IMG/VR virus record: IMGVR_UViG_3300025096_000006 | Span: 32,001 to 96,000 of that record | Origin: a virus | Reading direction: 5' to 3' (one strand) | DNA: 64,000 bases | Shown: positions 25,049 to 38,300 of the stretch, piece by piece | Layout: each line of letters opens with the position of its first letter | Numbering within the stretch: the first letter of the stretch is position 1 | Made by a program: the position numbers and the translations under genes | The notes under the pieces: model-generated | The model's database searches: none | What the model saw: the letters and a program-made list of their open reading frames with translations, nothing else | Told to the model about the DNA's origin: nothing

Positions 25049-27874
25049 TTAAAACCCGCCGGGAAGTTCGGAGGGGTCGCCGCCCTCGTCATCGGTTTCG
25101 AGTTCTGGATCCTCGCGTCCATAGTCTCGCTCGAATTTATCCATAATCTCCACTATATCAAAAAGCTCATCGTCTCCAAGTTTATCCGTACCGCCAAAGC
25201 CTCCGCGCCTCCAGCCGCCACCGGATCCTTCTTCAGCTGGCGGGTCTTCTTCAACAGTCGGCTCACCGCCCAATGTTGTAACAATGTCTGCTGTATAAAC
25301 AATAGGAGGAAAACATTCTAAAACGCCTTCGAACTGCATATCTATTGGATCTGTGCCCCATTCATTTATAAAAGCGGCGAAAGGCTTCAGGTCCCGGTGA
25401 ACGGTGTCTCGAGCGTGGACGTAGACCGCAGCTTCATCTAGTGAATCAACGCCGGCATAAAGTTCAGCGATTGCTTGAATTCCTTCCAATAAAAACACAA
25501 CAGAATCTAGCGTTCCGGTTTCAGGATGCACCATTGTCATTAGTGAGTTTGTATTAAGAACAAGATCTACCCTGCTTCCTTGAAATGTAAAATATAGCAT
25601 TTCTCTATGAATATTAAAAATTAATGGCGCCAAAATCCATGGCTCAGAGCCGGGTGTATAACGCTCAACCATAGCTTGTGCAAAAAAAGAATTAAACTTA
25701 TCATCAATAGCGTTATATGAGCAAGCTTCTTTAGCATATTCGCCGTATTCTACAAAATCGTCAACGATTTTTAAAAAGGATTCTATTAGTTTAACAACGG
25801 CAGCTAACGAATGATCTTCAATATGAAAAACGGTATGATAATATTCAGTAGAAATTTCTTCATCTATTTGAAAATATCCTCCTTCTTTTTCTCGACCAAC
25901 GTCGGTTGCCCACTCCCACGAATAATAATCTTCAAACGACATGCACAGTAATCTATAATTATCGTAAGCATTATAAAAAGTTGATGTATTTAAGACGTCA
26001 AAATTTCTTGGTATTACGTAAGAATATACCATATTGTCATCTTCTGATAGTTCTTCAATGTAATATCCATCACTTTCTGAGTCTATTGAAAATCTATAAT
26101 CGGTTTCCAGCACAGCATGTCCAGAAGGAGATTCATAATCTGTGTAAGCTAAATTTTGATGAGTCATATACTTTACTTTTGGATACGAGTAATCTTCATC
26201 AAAGGCGATCCAAAACTCTTTGATTGGCTTATCAAAGATTGGGGCGCCGTCCAGCTGGACTTCTTCTAATTCTATTTTTGAATTATATCTGGTTAACGAA
26301 AGTGTTTTTTCCTTAATCAAAGAGTTGGTAAATTCTTTTCCGAAAACAGCTTCAACACCTTTCACATGATAAACCCTAGACATTAGCAAATAATCATTAA
26401 CTATTCTTTCATAATCGATAAAATAATATCCTTTGTTTAAGATATCCTCAAATCCAGACTCAATTACATCAGATACATCATCAACTTCAATTGGATTAAG
26501 ATTTACACCAACTCGATGCATAAAATAGTTGTTATAAATTACATAATGTTCGTACTCTGTATCCACATAGAAGCCTGTGTAAGGATACTCAGCACCATCT
26601 CCAGTGTAAAATGCGCGCTCCTCGGCTGTTGGTACGTTAGCAGAACCAAAAAAGCTTGAGTTTACTTCTGACCAAGTTGCCGCGTCCATGGAAGCATTTG
26701 ATCTTCTATCTAAAATTTTATTATTATATATTAGTCTTTTATGAAGAAGATGTTCGTCGATTAATGAATTATTAAACTTGTGAATCATATTTCTATATCC
26801 ACGATAAAAACGACCCATAGATGTTCCTGGAGTTTTTATTGGCCAAGTCCTTCTTAATTGATTAAGTTGAACAAGTAACTCTGGTTTTCTACCATAAACC
26901 GATTGAATGTATTTAATACTATTTATAATTTCTAATAATTCTTCTGATATCCTACCTGTGTCTATAGAATCTTGATACTGTTCATAAAAAACTTCTAATG
27001 CAATATGAATTTCATCATGAGTTACAGCCTCTTGTGTATAATATCTGCCATTGATACCTTGTATGGGGACATCATTATATGTTGATTCTGTAGTTTTTGA
27101 TCCGCCTACAAACTGCTCTTGCGGTTCGTCATTTAAAATTCCATCTTTAAAAACATGCTCATATGAGGCGTCTGATACTGTAATCTCTGATATTGTTTGA
27201 TCAAAGTATATTCTATTATATCGGTCTTCTGGGCTATCTACATATTCCGCCGTGTCCTTATCGACCGTAGTGCTAAACGCATATAAAAATAAGTTGCTAT
27301 AGTCGTCAGACATCATAGTAAAAATATGAAACGGGTCTTCAAATGGGTCGTTTTCGCTAAAGCTCCATATATGAACACCCACGGACTCTTCGGCGCCGTA
27401 GAAGTCTTCAACACCATAATTATACCACGACAAGTCTATATCAACTTCAGTAGTCAGCTTATAGTGTAAAGTTGTAGTATCATACCAGTCCTCTACTGGT
27501 TCCGAGTCGCTAAAATCTGCATACCAAAAATTTCCATGATGACCGCCTAAAGTAGACATTACATTAGCGCCGAAGAAATCAATCGTGCTATTTTCACGCA
27601 ATTCTGCAGAGCTTGACATCATAGTCAACACATTAATATCATTATTTAGAAATCTTTCATGGTATTTTTGTGAAAGCCCACACATCACATAAAAGTTTAA
27701 GTTATCCACCATATATTCAATAAGTTCAGTGGGCGCATTATAATCGTAATCGCCGCCTACCTTAATAGACACTTGAGCTGTAATTTTTTCATCATATACT
27801 GTAATTTTTTCTATGAATGGTGTTGGAAGCCATCTGCCATAGCGATTTAATTTATCTAGGTTTGCTATTGACAT
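25049..27874 (-). CDS. Large acidic, Tyr-rich hypothetical protein (structural module)
   Basis: 941-aa ORF overlapping the upstream gene end; no family recognised. Confidence 0.6.
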   Translation of the reverse strand: MSIANLDKLNRYGRWLPTPFIEKITVYDEKITAQVSIKVGGDYDYNAPTELIEYMVDNLNFYVMCGLSQKYHERFLNNDINVLTMMSSSAELRENSTIDFFGANVMSTLGGHHGNFWYADFSDSEPVEDWYDTTTLHYKLTTEVDIDLSWYNYGVEDFYGAEESVGVHIWSFSENDPFEDPFHIFTMMSDDYSNLFLYAFSTTVDKDTAEYVDSPEDRYNRIYFDQTISEITVSDASYEHVFKDGILNDEPQEQFVGGSKTTESTYNDVPIQGINGRYYTQEAVTHDEIHIALEVFYEQYQDSIDTGRISEELLEIINSIKYIQSVYGRKPELLVQLNQLRRTWPIKTPGTSMGRFYRGYRNMIHKFNNSLIDEHLLHKRLIYNNKILDRRSNASMDAATWSEVNSSFFGSANVPTAEERAFYTGDGAEYPYTGFYVDTEYEHYVIYNNYFMHRVGVNLNPIEVDDVSDVIESGFEDILNKGYYFIDYERIVNDYLLMSRVYHVKGVEAVFGKEFTNSLIKEKTLSLTRYNSKIELEEVQLDGAPIFDKPIKEFWIAFDEDYSYPKVKYMTHQNLAYTDYESPSGHAVLETDYRFSIDSESDGYYIEELSEDDNMVYSYVIPRNFDVLNTSTFYNAYDNYRLLCMSFEDYYSWEWATDVGREKEGGYFQIDEEISTEYYHTVFHIEDHSLAAVVKLIESFLKIVDDFVEYGEYAKEACSYNAIDDKFNSFFAQAMVERYTPGSEPWILAPLIFNIHREMLYFTFQGSRVDLVLNTNSLMTMVHPETGTLDSVVFLLEGIQAIAELYAGVDSLDEAAVYVHARDTVHRDLKPFAAFINEWGTDPIDMQFEGVLECFPPIVYTADIVTTLGGEPTVEEDPPAEEGSGGGWRRGGFGGTDKLGDDELFDIVEIMDKFERDYGREDPELETDDEGGDPSELPGGF

Positions 27875-29394
27875 ATTTCAGGCTCCGTTGCTCTTCCATA
27901 AATATCAAAGTAAATAGCCTCTTCTGATTGAGTTTTGCAATCGAAATCTAAATCAACATAATAGGATTGCTTATTGAATGTTTCTGCGCCTTTACATGCC
28001 AATTCATTATCAATTTCATGATCCACCAATATATCAAAATAATATTCGACGCTGGCAGTAGTATAATTTGTCGATGGAATTGTTACTGGCTGATTAGCAA
28101 CCATATATCCATCTTGAACATTGTTATATTCTTTTTTGAAATATTTTCTCTTATAGCGAACGTACTCATCCTTACCGCCTGCCCAAGAATCAAGTATCCA
28201 CGCCGATTCATCATCAACAGTTAAACTAATTTCGCCATCATTAGAGCGCTCGCCACAAGTAGCTGAAACCAACACTATACTAAGATCAGATGTTAAGTCA
28301 TATAAATTTCCTTCCTGCACACCTTCGATATCTAATTCAGTTCCAAAGTTATCTATTGCTTCAAGTAAATAAAGCAACAGTTCGGCGCCTCTTGATTGTT
28401 CGGTAACTCCAGCAAGCGATTCCTCTTCGGTATAACTATCCAATAATACCGTTGCGGTTCCGGTGCCGGCACCTCCGTCTGCTATAGTATCTTCTTTTGT
28501 GTTTATTACAAAGCCAGATGCAGGACCGCCAGATGCAGAGTCTTTAATTGTAATAGTTACAGTATAATTATTATGATTAATAGTGAGGATATCGCCGCTT
28601 GTGACCCCAGTCCAGCCATGGTTGCCGCCAAAGTCCTCATAAAGACCAATCCGACCATTGGCCGCAGTGCACGAAGTAACCGTTTCTTTTTGAAACACTT
28701 CAATGTCGAAATTTTCTACCAGGAGCGCGGTATTTACCTCCTCCATGTATATCAAAGCATCGTCAGCCTTTAATCCGACCGTGTGCAAATCGGCAAAAAC
28801 CCTACTGGAGCCTATTATATCGTTTACAGAATCAGGTAGCAGATCCTGATCAAGACGAGCAATTTGTTTTTCATATTCCAAAGTTATATTAATTTGAGGT
28901 ATGTCCGAAAGGGTTACAGAATCTCTATTCGCTGATGATGATATTTTATTTTGTAAAGCAACAACCTTCCATGCTGGTGCGTAATTATTTGAATCTGAAT
29001 CTAAAACCGCATCGCCAATTGACTTTTCAAATCTGAACATTTCTGCGCGAGCTATTTGCTGCTGCGGGGTGGCATCAACATATTGAGTTTCGCCAGGATT
29101 TTGAATTTGTTCGTCATGGCGCTCAATATCCGTGAACAAAATTGGGGACTCAAGATATGCAGTGCTCTGCTTAATTCTTTTGTGAATATCATTTTGTGGC
29201 TCAGGAAGCGCAGTGGTCTCAACTGTGGTTCCATGGAGCACATCACCTGTACAGTATCTTTTATCATATAAAATATTATCATCAAAAAATGCATAATAAA
29301 CAGGCTGCAGCTTTCCAATAGACATTAAATATCTACCATATGTTGTTAACTGGATATCAAAAACTTGCTCTTTTTTGTTTAAAAACTTAGCCAT
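27865..29394 (-). CDS. Virion structural protein, N-terminus paralogous to the 19009 gene, with an inserted domain
   Basis: DIQLTTYGRYLMSIG....YAFFDDNILY aligns with DAILTSAGRKRMAQG....FALGDDEINY. Confidence 0.55.
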   Translation of the reverse strand: MAKFLNKKEQVFDIQLTTYGRYLMSIGKLQPVYYAFFDDNILYDKRYCTGDVLHGTTVETTALPEPQNDIHKRIKQSTAYLESPILFTDIERHDEQIQNPGETQYVDATPQQQIARAEMFRFEKSIGDAVLDSDSNNYAPAWKVVALQNKISSSANRDSVTLSDIPQINITLEYEKQIARLDQDLLPDSVNDIIGSSRVFADLHTVGLKADDALIYMEEVNTALLVENFDIEVFQKETVTSCTAANGRIGLYEDFGGNHGWTGVTSGDILTINHNNYTVTITIKDSASGGPASGFVINTKEDTIADGGAGTGTATVLLDSYTEEESLAGVTEQSRGAELLLYLLEAIDNFGTELDIEGVQEGNLYDLTSDLSIVLVSATCGERSNDGEISLTVDDESAWILDSWAGGKDEYVRYKRKYFKKEYNNVQDGYMVANQPVTIPSTNYTTASVEYYFDILVDHEIDNELACKGAETFNKQSYYVDLDFDCKTQSEEAIYFDIYGRATEPEICQ

Positions 29395-32300
29395 TAATAA
29401 CCTTTTCCCTTTCTTTTAGGGCTTCGTTTAATTTTGGAGTCCAGGTCTGGAGGGTCACCTGCCAGCCCTTCTACGCGGGAGGCAAAATCATTTTTCTTTT
29501 CTTGCCATTCGGTATTGCGCTTAGAACCAAAACTACTTGGCATCCCATTCGTCAGTTCTTCTACGCGGGAGGCAAAATCTAGATCTGTGATTTCTGCTCT
29601 AATGGGACCTGACCCCATTATTGGATTTTTTTCATCAGCGCCAGAAAAAGTTGGACCTATAAGTTCAACAAGCTCAGGATCTCTATATAAAACTTCTGCA
29701 TCTACTTTAATCAATTCAACAAAAGACAAGTAATCATAAGGCCAATTATACATTATCTTATATCCTTCAGAATCCTCGTTAAAAGTAAATAGATCTTTTG
29801 TTGATTCCCCAAGCTGTGCGGTGATTAAATCAGAATAGTCAACTTGAGATTTCTGCTTGACTTTGAACACCATCCATCGCAGATTTTCACTTTCGCAAAG
29901 ATCATCTGCAGACAATAACTCGTTAATGTCCAAAGTGTGGGCAATTGATTGATGCTGGCTTGTTATTTTTTTATAATCTCTAGGTGCTAAATTTTGCCAC
30001 ATGTAAGATAAATCGTCTTTATCAAATTCATATTCAAATTCAAAAATATACATAACTAAAGGATCAGTATCTGGATTATTTATAAAATCAAATTGTGGCG
30101 GTAAAACATAGCGCTGCATTTTTTGAATCATTTTTCTTATAGAAACTCCAGCAGCTGATAATGAGTCACCTAAAGCCGTTCCTGATTGTGCCAGCGCTGC
30201 CTCAACTCTTATCTGAGGGATTTCAAAAAATCTTTTTCTTGTGGTAGCAAATTCGCCGCACTTGTCTTTCTTTGATACATCTACACTTTCTATAGTATAT
30301 GGAACTGCCACTATCGCCTCTCTAATAATTAAACTTTCACGCAATTCTCCCAATCTTTTTGTTGTCTCTTTAGTCTCGAATCCCATTAAATCAGTTAAAG
30401 ATTGCATTGTTCGGTGAAGTTTTAAGCCAGTATCGGCTGCATCAGAATTATTATAAACAGTATTATTATTGACAACATCATAATGAAACTTTAATGTTTC
30501 AATAGGAATATCTCCAATTTCCATAAAAATTCCTGTAGAAGAATCTGTTGGCAGCAATCCAAATTGGTGCCACATTCCGCGCGGGACAGACCCTGACGCA
30601 AATATTGGTAGTGTTGGGTCGACAGCTCGAACTGTATTGTCCGCAAAATTCATCATTGGAGTTTCAAATTTAGGTTGAATGACCCAGCGCTGTCCTGCGG
30701 TTGTATTTTCAATCATTTCTGGGTTGCCTAGCTCGTCTTTTCTTTGTGTCAATATTCTTTCAACGCCTAATAAGTTTAAGCTAGCGCTAATTTGCATTGC
30801 ATTGCTGTTAATATTATAGCCAGAATAAGGACGTGTTTTACTCTGGGCGTCTGCCGCATATGGAAGCGCGGAAATTAATATTGGTCCGTGAGAGTTTGGA
30901 GCTGTTGATGCTGTTATAAATCCGGGATCAGCTCTCCAATAAACCATATTTATTTCTGATAATATGGTTTCTAGATCGTAGCTTCTTGTGTGAGATGGTC
31001 TGAAAACAATATCGCACCATGCCTCACCATTGGTATATGGAGGAGTATATGCCCAATTAAATCCATTTATACTGTCCATGGGCGCCGTATTTAACGCATA
31101 ACTAGTAGCTGCAACGCCTTCTGCAGGTCTTCCTGAAAACGGAGGACCAAATGCGGTTGGTCTTGAATACATTGTAAAGGTTTCTCTAAATCCGTCTTCA
31201 TTCTGTCTAGGATCTTGTGGTATTGGAAACTCTGCTTTTTGAAAAGCCGAAGCACTATAGAGCTGGGCTCCAAATACCCCATACCCAGTATTATCACCCA
31301 TACTGCTTGATTCATCTTGATAAGTTCGGGGTCCGGTGTGACTTCTTCTCAATTTAATTCTCGCGCCGTATACACTTCCCGCTTTAAAATTCAAGTCATC
31401 GGTAATTATACCTGATTTTAGTTGCGTATAATTTGACTCTTTTAAGAAAAAATTACCAACTTCGCCTAAAAAGTTACTAACCATTAGAGAATATGTCTCA
31501 TCAGCTGGAGCACCACAAGAAGAAGAGGCATATAAAGAAGCTGATAAATGTGGCTCCATGTCAATTGGTCGCACCTTGCTAAGATATTTATCAGGCTTAA
31601 GGATTGCCTCAAATGGCACTCTTAAATCAAAAAGTTCGCCACCTTGATAACCAGTAGCAGCCTTGCGATCAACTTGAAAAGTGCCACTAACTGCTGTTAG
31701 CATCCAGTTTCCTGGGGTAGCTCCAGGGTTATCTACTCCATAAAAAGAAGCACTTAGTTTAAGAGGATCTGTTATTATAGGATAATCAACGGCTAGTCCC
31801 GACTTAATAGAGTTAAAAAGAATTCCTGGCGAGTATAGCGTCTGCATTAAAGGTCTTAATAGTCCACCATGGCTTTCTACAAGAGTTTTTCCATAATATG
31901 GGAAAACATTTGCCCCTATAGCCGAAGCGCCAACCAAGCCATTGCCGTAAGATTTAGAAAATTGACTTACTATATCTATTGTTCGCTGAGCTGGATAGAA
32001 ACCTTTGTACGGATTAAATCTTATAGCTGCACTAACTGTCAATCTTATTTCATGAGGCTGTAGTAAAGTGTCTTCTTTAATGTTCATAAAGTCGCGTAAG
32101 AATTCTGAATTTGAATAATCTTTATAGAAAGATTGAGTGACGCTAGATATGTTAGTACCGGGAATTTCAAATGTATTTTGCTTTCCTCTATTGTTTAATC
32201 CAACTTCAATATAGTCTTGAACATGCTCACTTATTCTAAATTCTGGCACAATTACATGATCTTTGAATATTTTATTTAGCTCAAATTTAAAATCGTTGTA

Positions 32301-35300
32301 CTCATCAAACCATGGCTCGGATGACTTAGATACGAAAACAATTGTTGAACCAGATTTTTCTAAAATACCGGCTTCAGATCCCGCTTCCCATAAAGCCTCG
32401 CCGCCAAATATATCAATTTGAGTTTTTGGATGAAATGGCGATACGGGACCATACGGCTTAAGACTTCCAGTAGCCGATATAAGCGGACCAGTTGGCGCCA
32501 CAACAGAATAAGGCGAACTTAATCCGTGCTTACGTGAATATAAGCCAGCTGGCACTAGGTTTCGTGGAGCTGCAGCATTTCCTTGCGATACACCATTGTG
32601 AAAGTGAAAATAGTTATTTTGAAGCTCGCCGGCACCACCGGACGCTATTAGATCGTCTAAAGATGTGGCATGAGCTGCTGGTGCTTTCGTTCTTGTTAGA
32701 AAATCACATTGTGGATCAAGCACCCAACAACTTTGAGAAATTGATCTATTAACATTAAATGAAGTTTTTAGTGCATTTCCTACCGTGCATCTTTCGTCTC
32801 TAGAGTCTCTCCAGAACAAATTGTCATAATCCGTTCTCGATCGAGATGAAGAAATCATTTCTCTTCGGGCTGACGGGAATATATTTTCCGAGTACACAAC
32901 CCAGTTTAAGTTATACATGCTATTGTTTTTAGCTATTGTGGTAATATAATCTAGCGGTGTCGAAATTATAGACAAGTCCATCATAATTTTATTATTTAAA
33001 GCGGTTTCATTAAAATAGATTTTTTCATTATTATGAGTAACTTGAAGCGTTGTATCGTCCCTATCAACATTAAAATTGATTTTAGCTGGTCGACCTCGAA
33101 ACGATACTGGGGGTAAATCATATTTTGTAATAGTTCTATTACTGTTTACTATAGAAAGCTGATTTTTTTGATGTTCATCGGCTATAATTGGGTGATAAGT
33201 TGGATGTAGTCTTCTCCAGTTCCATCCAAAAACATCTTTTCTTCTTGTTAGCAGCAGATTAAAATAATCTGTACTGCCCGAAATAAATCCACCCATCTGC
33301 ATTTCACTAAGAATATCATTATTTATGTAAGAAGTATTCGGTGCATCGAAACTAAATCCAAGAACATTATCCTCACCAGAGCCAGTTAAAGAATCCAACG
33401 TTAATGTGTTGAGTCTTTCAGTAGGCTGATAAAAACTCCGAGTTAATTCCGGAACAACCGAACTTGCGCTAACCCAAGCGCCATCATAATATGACACGTA
33501 GCCGCTAGAGCTTGAAAAAAGACCAACATTATGACCATACATGGGGGCGTGTCCATAATATCTAAATTGACTTGATGAAATTAAACTGTTTCCTATCCAG
33601 GAATATTGCTTATCTGATCTTGGTATAGGGTTTCCTATAAAATAATTGTCATGTAGCGATTTAGTAACAACAGCCAGAGTTGAAGGGTCGAATATATCCC
33701 CATCGTTAGATATATCTAAAACATATTTTACATTTCTTTGATTCTTAAACATGCTCGGAAATTGATCTGTTGAAGCTCCCGGTCCGCCTGCAGTGGTTGC
33801 TGGTCCATCAATTTTGGATGTTGTTCCTGTAATGAATGCAGAATTGCGACCAAATCTAGCAGAATGGCGTGCAAGATGCGATCGCAATCCATAATCTTTA
33901 CCAACACCAGTAGCCGGATCAATACACACATCGGAAACTCTAATTCCTGTTGTGGTTGAGCCAGTAGCTTCCGAAGTGGTACCAGAAGAGCCTTGAGAAG
34001 GCTTGATTACTGTAAGGTTTCTATAATTTAAACTGTTATAGACAGAGTATTCTGAAGCTCTAAAGTCTTGATAGCCATAAGTTTGAGTTTCGATGCCTCC
34101 TGGAGCACTAAATCTATTCACAAAAACTGTTTTGTTTGTAGAGCCGCTTAGAAGATATCCAACACTATACTCTGATACAAGCTGAGTATGACTATCGTCG
34201 TCTCTTCGAATATCAAGAATAGAACGGACATGTGTTCCTATGGAGCTAGTGGCTGCATCCCAAATTATCTCACTCGGCAAAGAAGGTTGATAATTCATAA
34301 ATTGTCTTGGGGTCGCAAATGCTCCAAACGTATTTACCACCTGATAATTTCGTTGATAATTGCCCAGCACAACAAGTCCATCGCCAGTTGAACCGGTATT
34401 ACATTCTATATTTCTAATATTTACTGGTCGTTTTGCAACAAAATCTCTATATAGCCAAGCTTTATGCGAGGCTGTCATGGGATATGGAACCACATCCGGC
34501 TCATTTGCCTCAGGCCAAGGGTAATCAGCAGAAGCCATGGCTAAAGCACCGCTATATGCCGGATCTATTACTGGATAATCAGTATAATCGCCCAAAAGAA
34601 GTTTCCAAGCCTCTGGACGGTTTGTGTAATCGTCACCTCCCGTAAGATTAAATTTAACGTGTCTCGACTGGTGTCCTCCAACCGTCTGATTAGTAAATGG
34701 ACCCTGCATTGGCTTCTCCATTAGAGAGCCGTAAGTATCATTATGTAAATTAGTTATCTCAAGGCCATCGCCAATCTGTTGTGTCACGTATCTATTATAG
34801 CCAGATTTAACAGAAGAACTCATTAAATTAAACGGAAAAGCAAAACTTGTTTCTGTGTTGGCATACGTGCCCTCGGCCCAGTTTCGACCTCTGTCGACTC
34901 TAAAATATCTTTTTGTTTTTTGCTCTGGCTTGCTTAAATCATCTAAATGCGTTTCTGCAAGGGCTTCCATTTCAGAAGACCAGCCCACCAAAACATTTTC
35001 AGGTATAAATAAACCATCAGATACATCAACTGGACCTGCTGGTCTCAAGGCATTATAGGTAAAATCAATATTTTTATTTTGATTAAAGTTAACGCCGCCC
35101 TTGACAGAATGAAAACTAGAAGAAAAAACAGGCTTACTTATACTGACGCTTGCTAACTTTGAAAAATTTCTACGAGCATAAGTTTTAAGTTGATAAGATG
35201 CTCCTTCTGATGTATATAATACTGGCAAGCTTTGACTTAGAGTCGGCGTAGACCATATAATATCTTTAAGCTTTTGCCTCTGTGAATCTAGCGTTGCGTC

Positions 35301-38300
35301 ATCAGATGTTAATTCTGTTGAATTGGCTTTCGCTCGCCGACGCCAGAAAAATGAATTAATATTTGTAGCTCTTGGAGAAGATGGCGTTGGAGAATGACCC
35401 TTTGGCCAAGGATAGCTGCTTAGCTCTGCGCCAGCCATGGCTTGGTTTAAGTCAGTTTCCATAAACTCTATAGTTGGAAACTGAGATTGATATTTGTTTC
35501 TTTCTAATACATGAGATTCTACAACATTTAAAATATCCTCAGAAAATCTTGATGAGCCGGGTATTAATTGGGAGATTATTGTTGCTAAAGATTCATCAAA
35601 CCACTTATAATAATCTAAGAATTTTTCAACTTCTTGAACATCAGTAACCTTTCTAAAAAATGTTTCCCTTAGTTTCTCAAGGTCTTTATACCTTGAACGA
35701 TACCTATGAACTGGGTGCCCTATTGCATTATGAAAATCTATAGCACCAGCAAAAAAGTCCAACATTTGCTTGGTGACTGCCCCATAAAAGCTTTTTTCTA
35801 AAGACATGTGATAGCTTGGTGCTTCTTCAACAATTCCATATACTTTATCGTCGTCTGATAAAATCTTAATCATATCAGAAGAAACCACCTGTTCGGGATG
35901 AATAAATTCAAATGTATTAGAATCTTGCTTAACCTTAACGTTATCAGAGGAAGCTGCAAACCCATAGCCATACCCTGTATGCTGATATCCTCCAATTTTT
36001 CCAAGCCAGCCGTAGTTATTTCTTATTTCTACAGAGCCGGTGCTGGCATCATTGATATGAAATTGCCCGTCAGCTGCGGAGGCAGTTATGTTTTCAAAAT
36101 TCCAATTTAAAAATAAATAATTTTGATTAGTAACATCATATTGAGTATTTGCCTCATCTCTATGTGATGCATTTTCATACGCACCAGATACTCCAATATT
36201 ATTATAGTCTTTTGCATGAAATAAAATTTCACTATCAGTTAAAGATTTACCCCAATATCGCAATCCATTTATTCGAACATCTGAGGAATTTATAAGGGTG
36301 CCAGTAATATTTGTTCTTTCTGCTCCAGCATATAGTCTTTTAGAGCCTGTTGCAAAATTAATACCAAGACCGGATCCGGTAATTGAAGCAGTCAAAGTAA
36401 AAGAATTTAAAACTTCATTAAGCTGTGTATTGATTCCCTTAAAAATTAATTTATAATCCAAATCAGGCCCAAAAGAAGAACCTGAAACAAATCCAGTATA
36501 TGGGTACCCCTTTGGTTCTAATCGAACAGAAATATTCCACCTATTATTGCCATAAACGTTCTTAAATACACTTGAAGTAAGTTCTGGAAAGGGATAAGGG
36601 TGATTTGAAGAAGAGATTCTAAAATATACGTTTTTGGAATTACTTGACTCCCTTATGGCATGTACTTGGAAATTTGAAGTATCTGGTCCAACTTCTGAAT
36701 CTCCAAAATTTGTAACCCAAGTAGTTTCAGTACCAACAAGATGAGCAGAGCTGGCTGTGCCGGCTGTATACATTCCAAAAAGAGAGCAGCTCAAAAAAGA
36801 ACGATCAATATTACCTATGTTGCGATAAAATCTTGGAAACACAATATCTGCTTCAGCGGTAAACCCATATCGATCTTCATATCCGTAGCCATCAAAGCCG
36901 GGCTGGACTGAATTAGCAGTCTCTGTCTTTCCTTCGCCATGGCTTCCAGATATATATCCACGCTGCTCATTGGGACTTGTAGAAACAGCACCATCGACCG
37001 CTTGGTATATAACAGCGGAAGTATTATCTTCATTGTTGAAATTGATTTCTGTTGTTTTTACAAGAGATTGTTTGAGTTTATTAGAAAGAGTATACTCAGT
37101 ATTTTTTGCATTTGTTCTTAATGAAACTATATCATCGTTCATATAAAAACATCGAAAAACGTTTTTGACCGCTCTTTCTGTGCCCTTCGTTTTGTATATA
37201 TTTGTTAAGTTATTATATAGATTTACGTAAATTAAGTTTTTAATCTCGGTCAAATCTCCTTCAAAAGAGCTTGTTAGTGTTTTATTTAAAAATCTTTCAG
37301 TTATTTCAGAATCAACAAGTATTTCAGGAGTGTATAATCCTAGCGATTGAGGAAGATGTTGCGCAAATGGCATTGGCTTATATGAAGAACTTACATAATT
37401 GGCATTTTTAATATTTGACAATTCTGTAATTTGTATATGCATTTTGTCAAAATAAGTTCCTACTATGTGCGTCATTTTTCTTAAGTCTGAAAACCACGGA
37501 TCGGTTTCAGAATTGTTTTCATCCTCTTCGATAATCCAAGAGGGCAGCATGCTTAAAATATTTGAATTATTCTGCCTATCGTGATAAGAGCCACTGTTTC
37601 GCAAATTGGTTTGTAAAGTGGACACGTCAGGATGACTAGAATAAATAATTGGATCTAAGTACTCACTTTTAGCATGTCCAGATTCAACCATTGCCGAACC
37701 AGTATTCCGAGAAGAGGCGTCATATCCAACCCATACGCCATTACAAAGTCTGCCGCCATAGTCTAAAACAGTGTCATCAACAGCCGTATCGCCAGTTATA
37801 CCCTCATTAAATTTATAATACATGCCAAGGGTTGTATTAGAAATATCTGTGTTTACACCGCCTCGTATCTGTGTAAACCAATTTAGTCCAATCTCGCGAC
37901 CAGTTCGGGCGACTTTCCAAAAACGAAATTCATCAATAGAGGCGCTAAGTTTACCACCACCGGCAATATTGCCTTCTTGTGGCCAAATTTCAGAACTTGG
38001 GTTTGGTTGAGACGCAGTTATGAGCGATCCAAGGCGCCCCATTAAGTCTTTTTGATCTAGCTCATTAAAGTTTTTTGATGATACTTTCTCAATATCATCT
38101 AAATGCCCATTAAGGTATAGTTTAATATCAAAGTCGCTTCCGCTATTCTGTAGAGTAATTGCATAATGATTCCAATCTTGAATACTGGTGAGAGTTGTAT
38201 TAGTTCCCACTGCTTGCTCATAAACATTAGTTGAGCCACTCTGAACGGTAACATAAAATGGTGTGGCAGATGAACCCACTGTTCCATCTAAAAATATAGT

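Noticed and set aside
29468-29579. 22-bp direct repeat (DFASRVE twice) at the end of the 3212-aa gene as an att site or DGR repeat
   Set aside because: An in-frame local duplication 90 bp apart in a low-complexity tail; no integrase or reverse transcriptase, and no adenine-specific mismatches.
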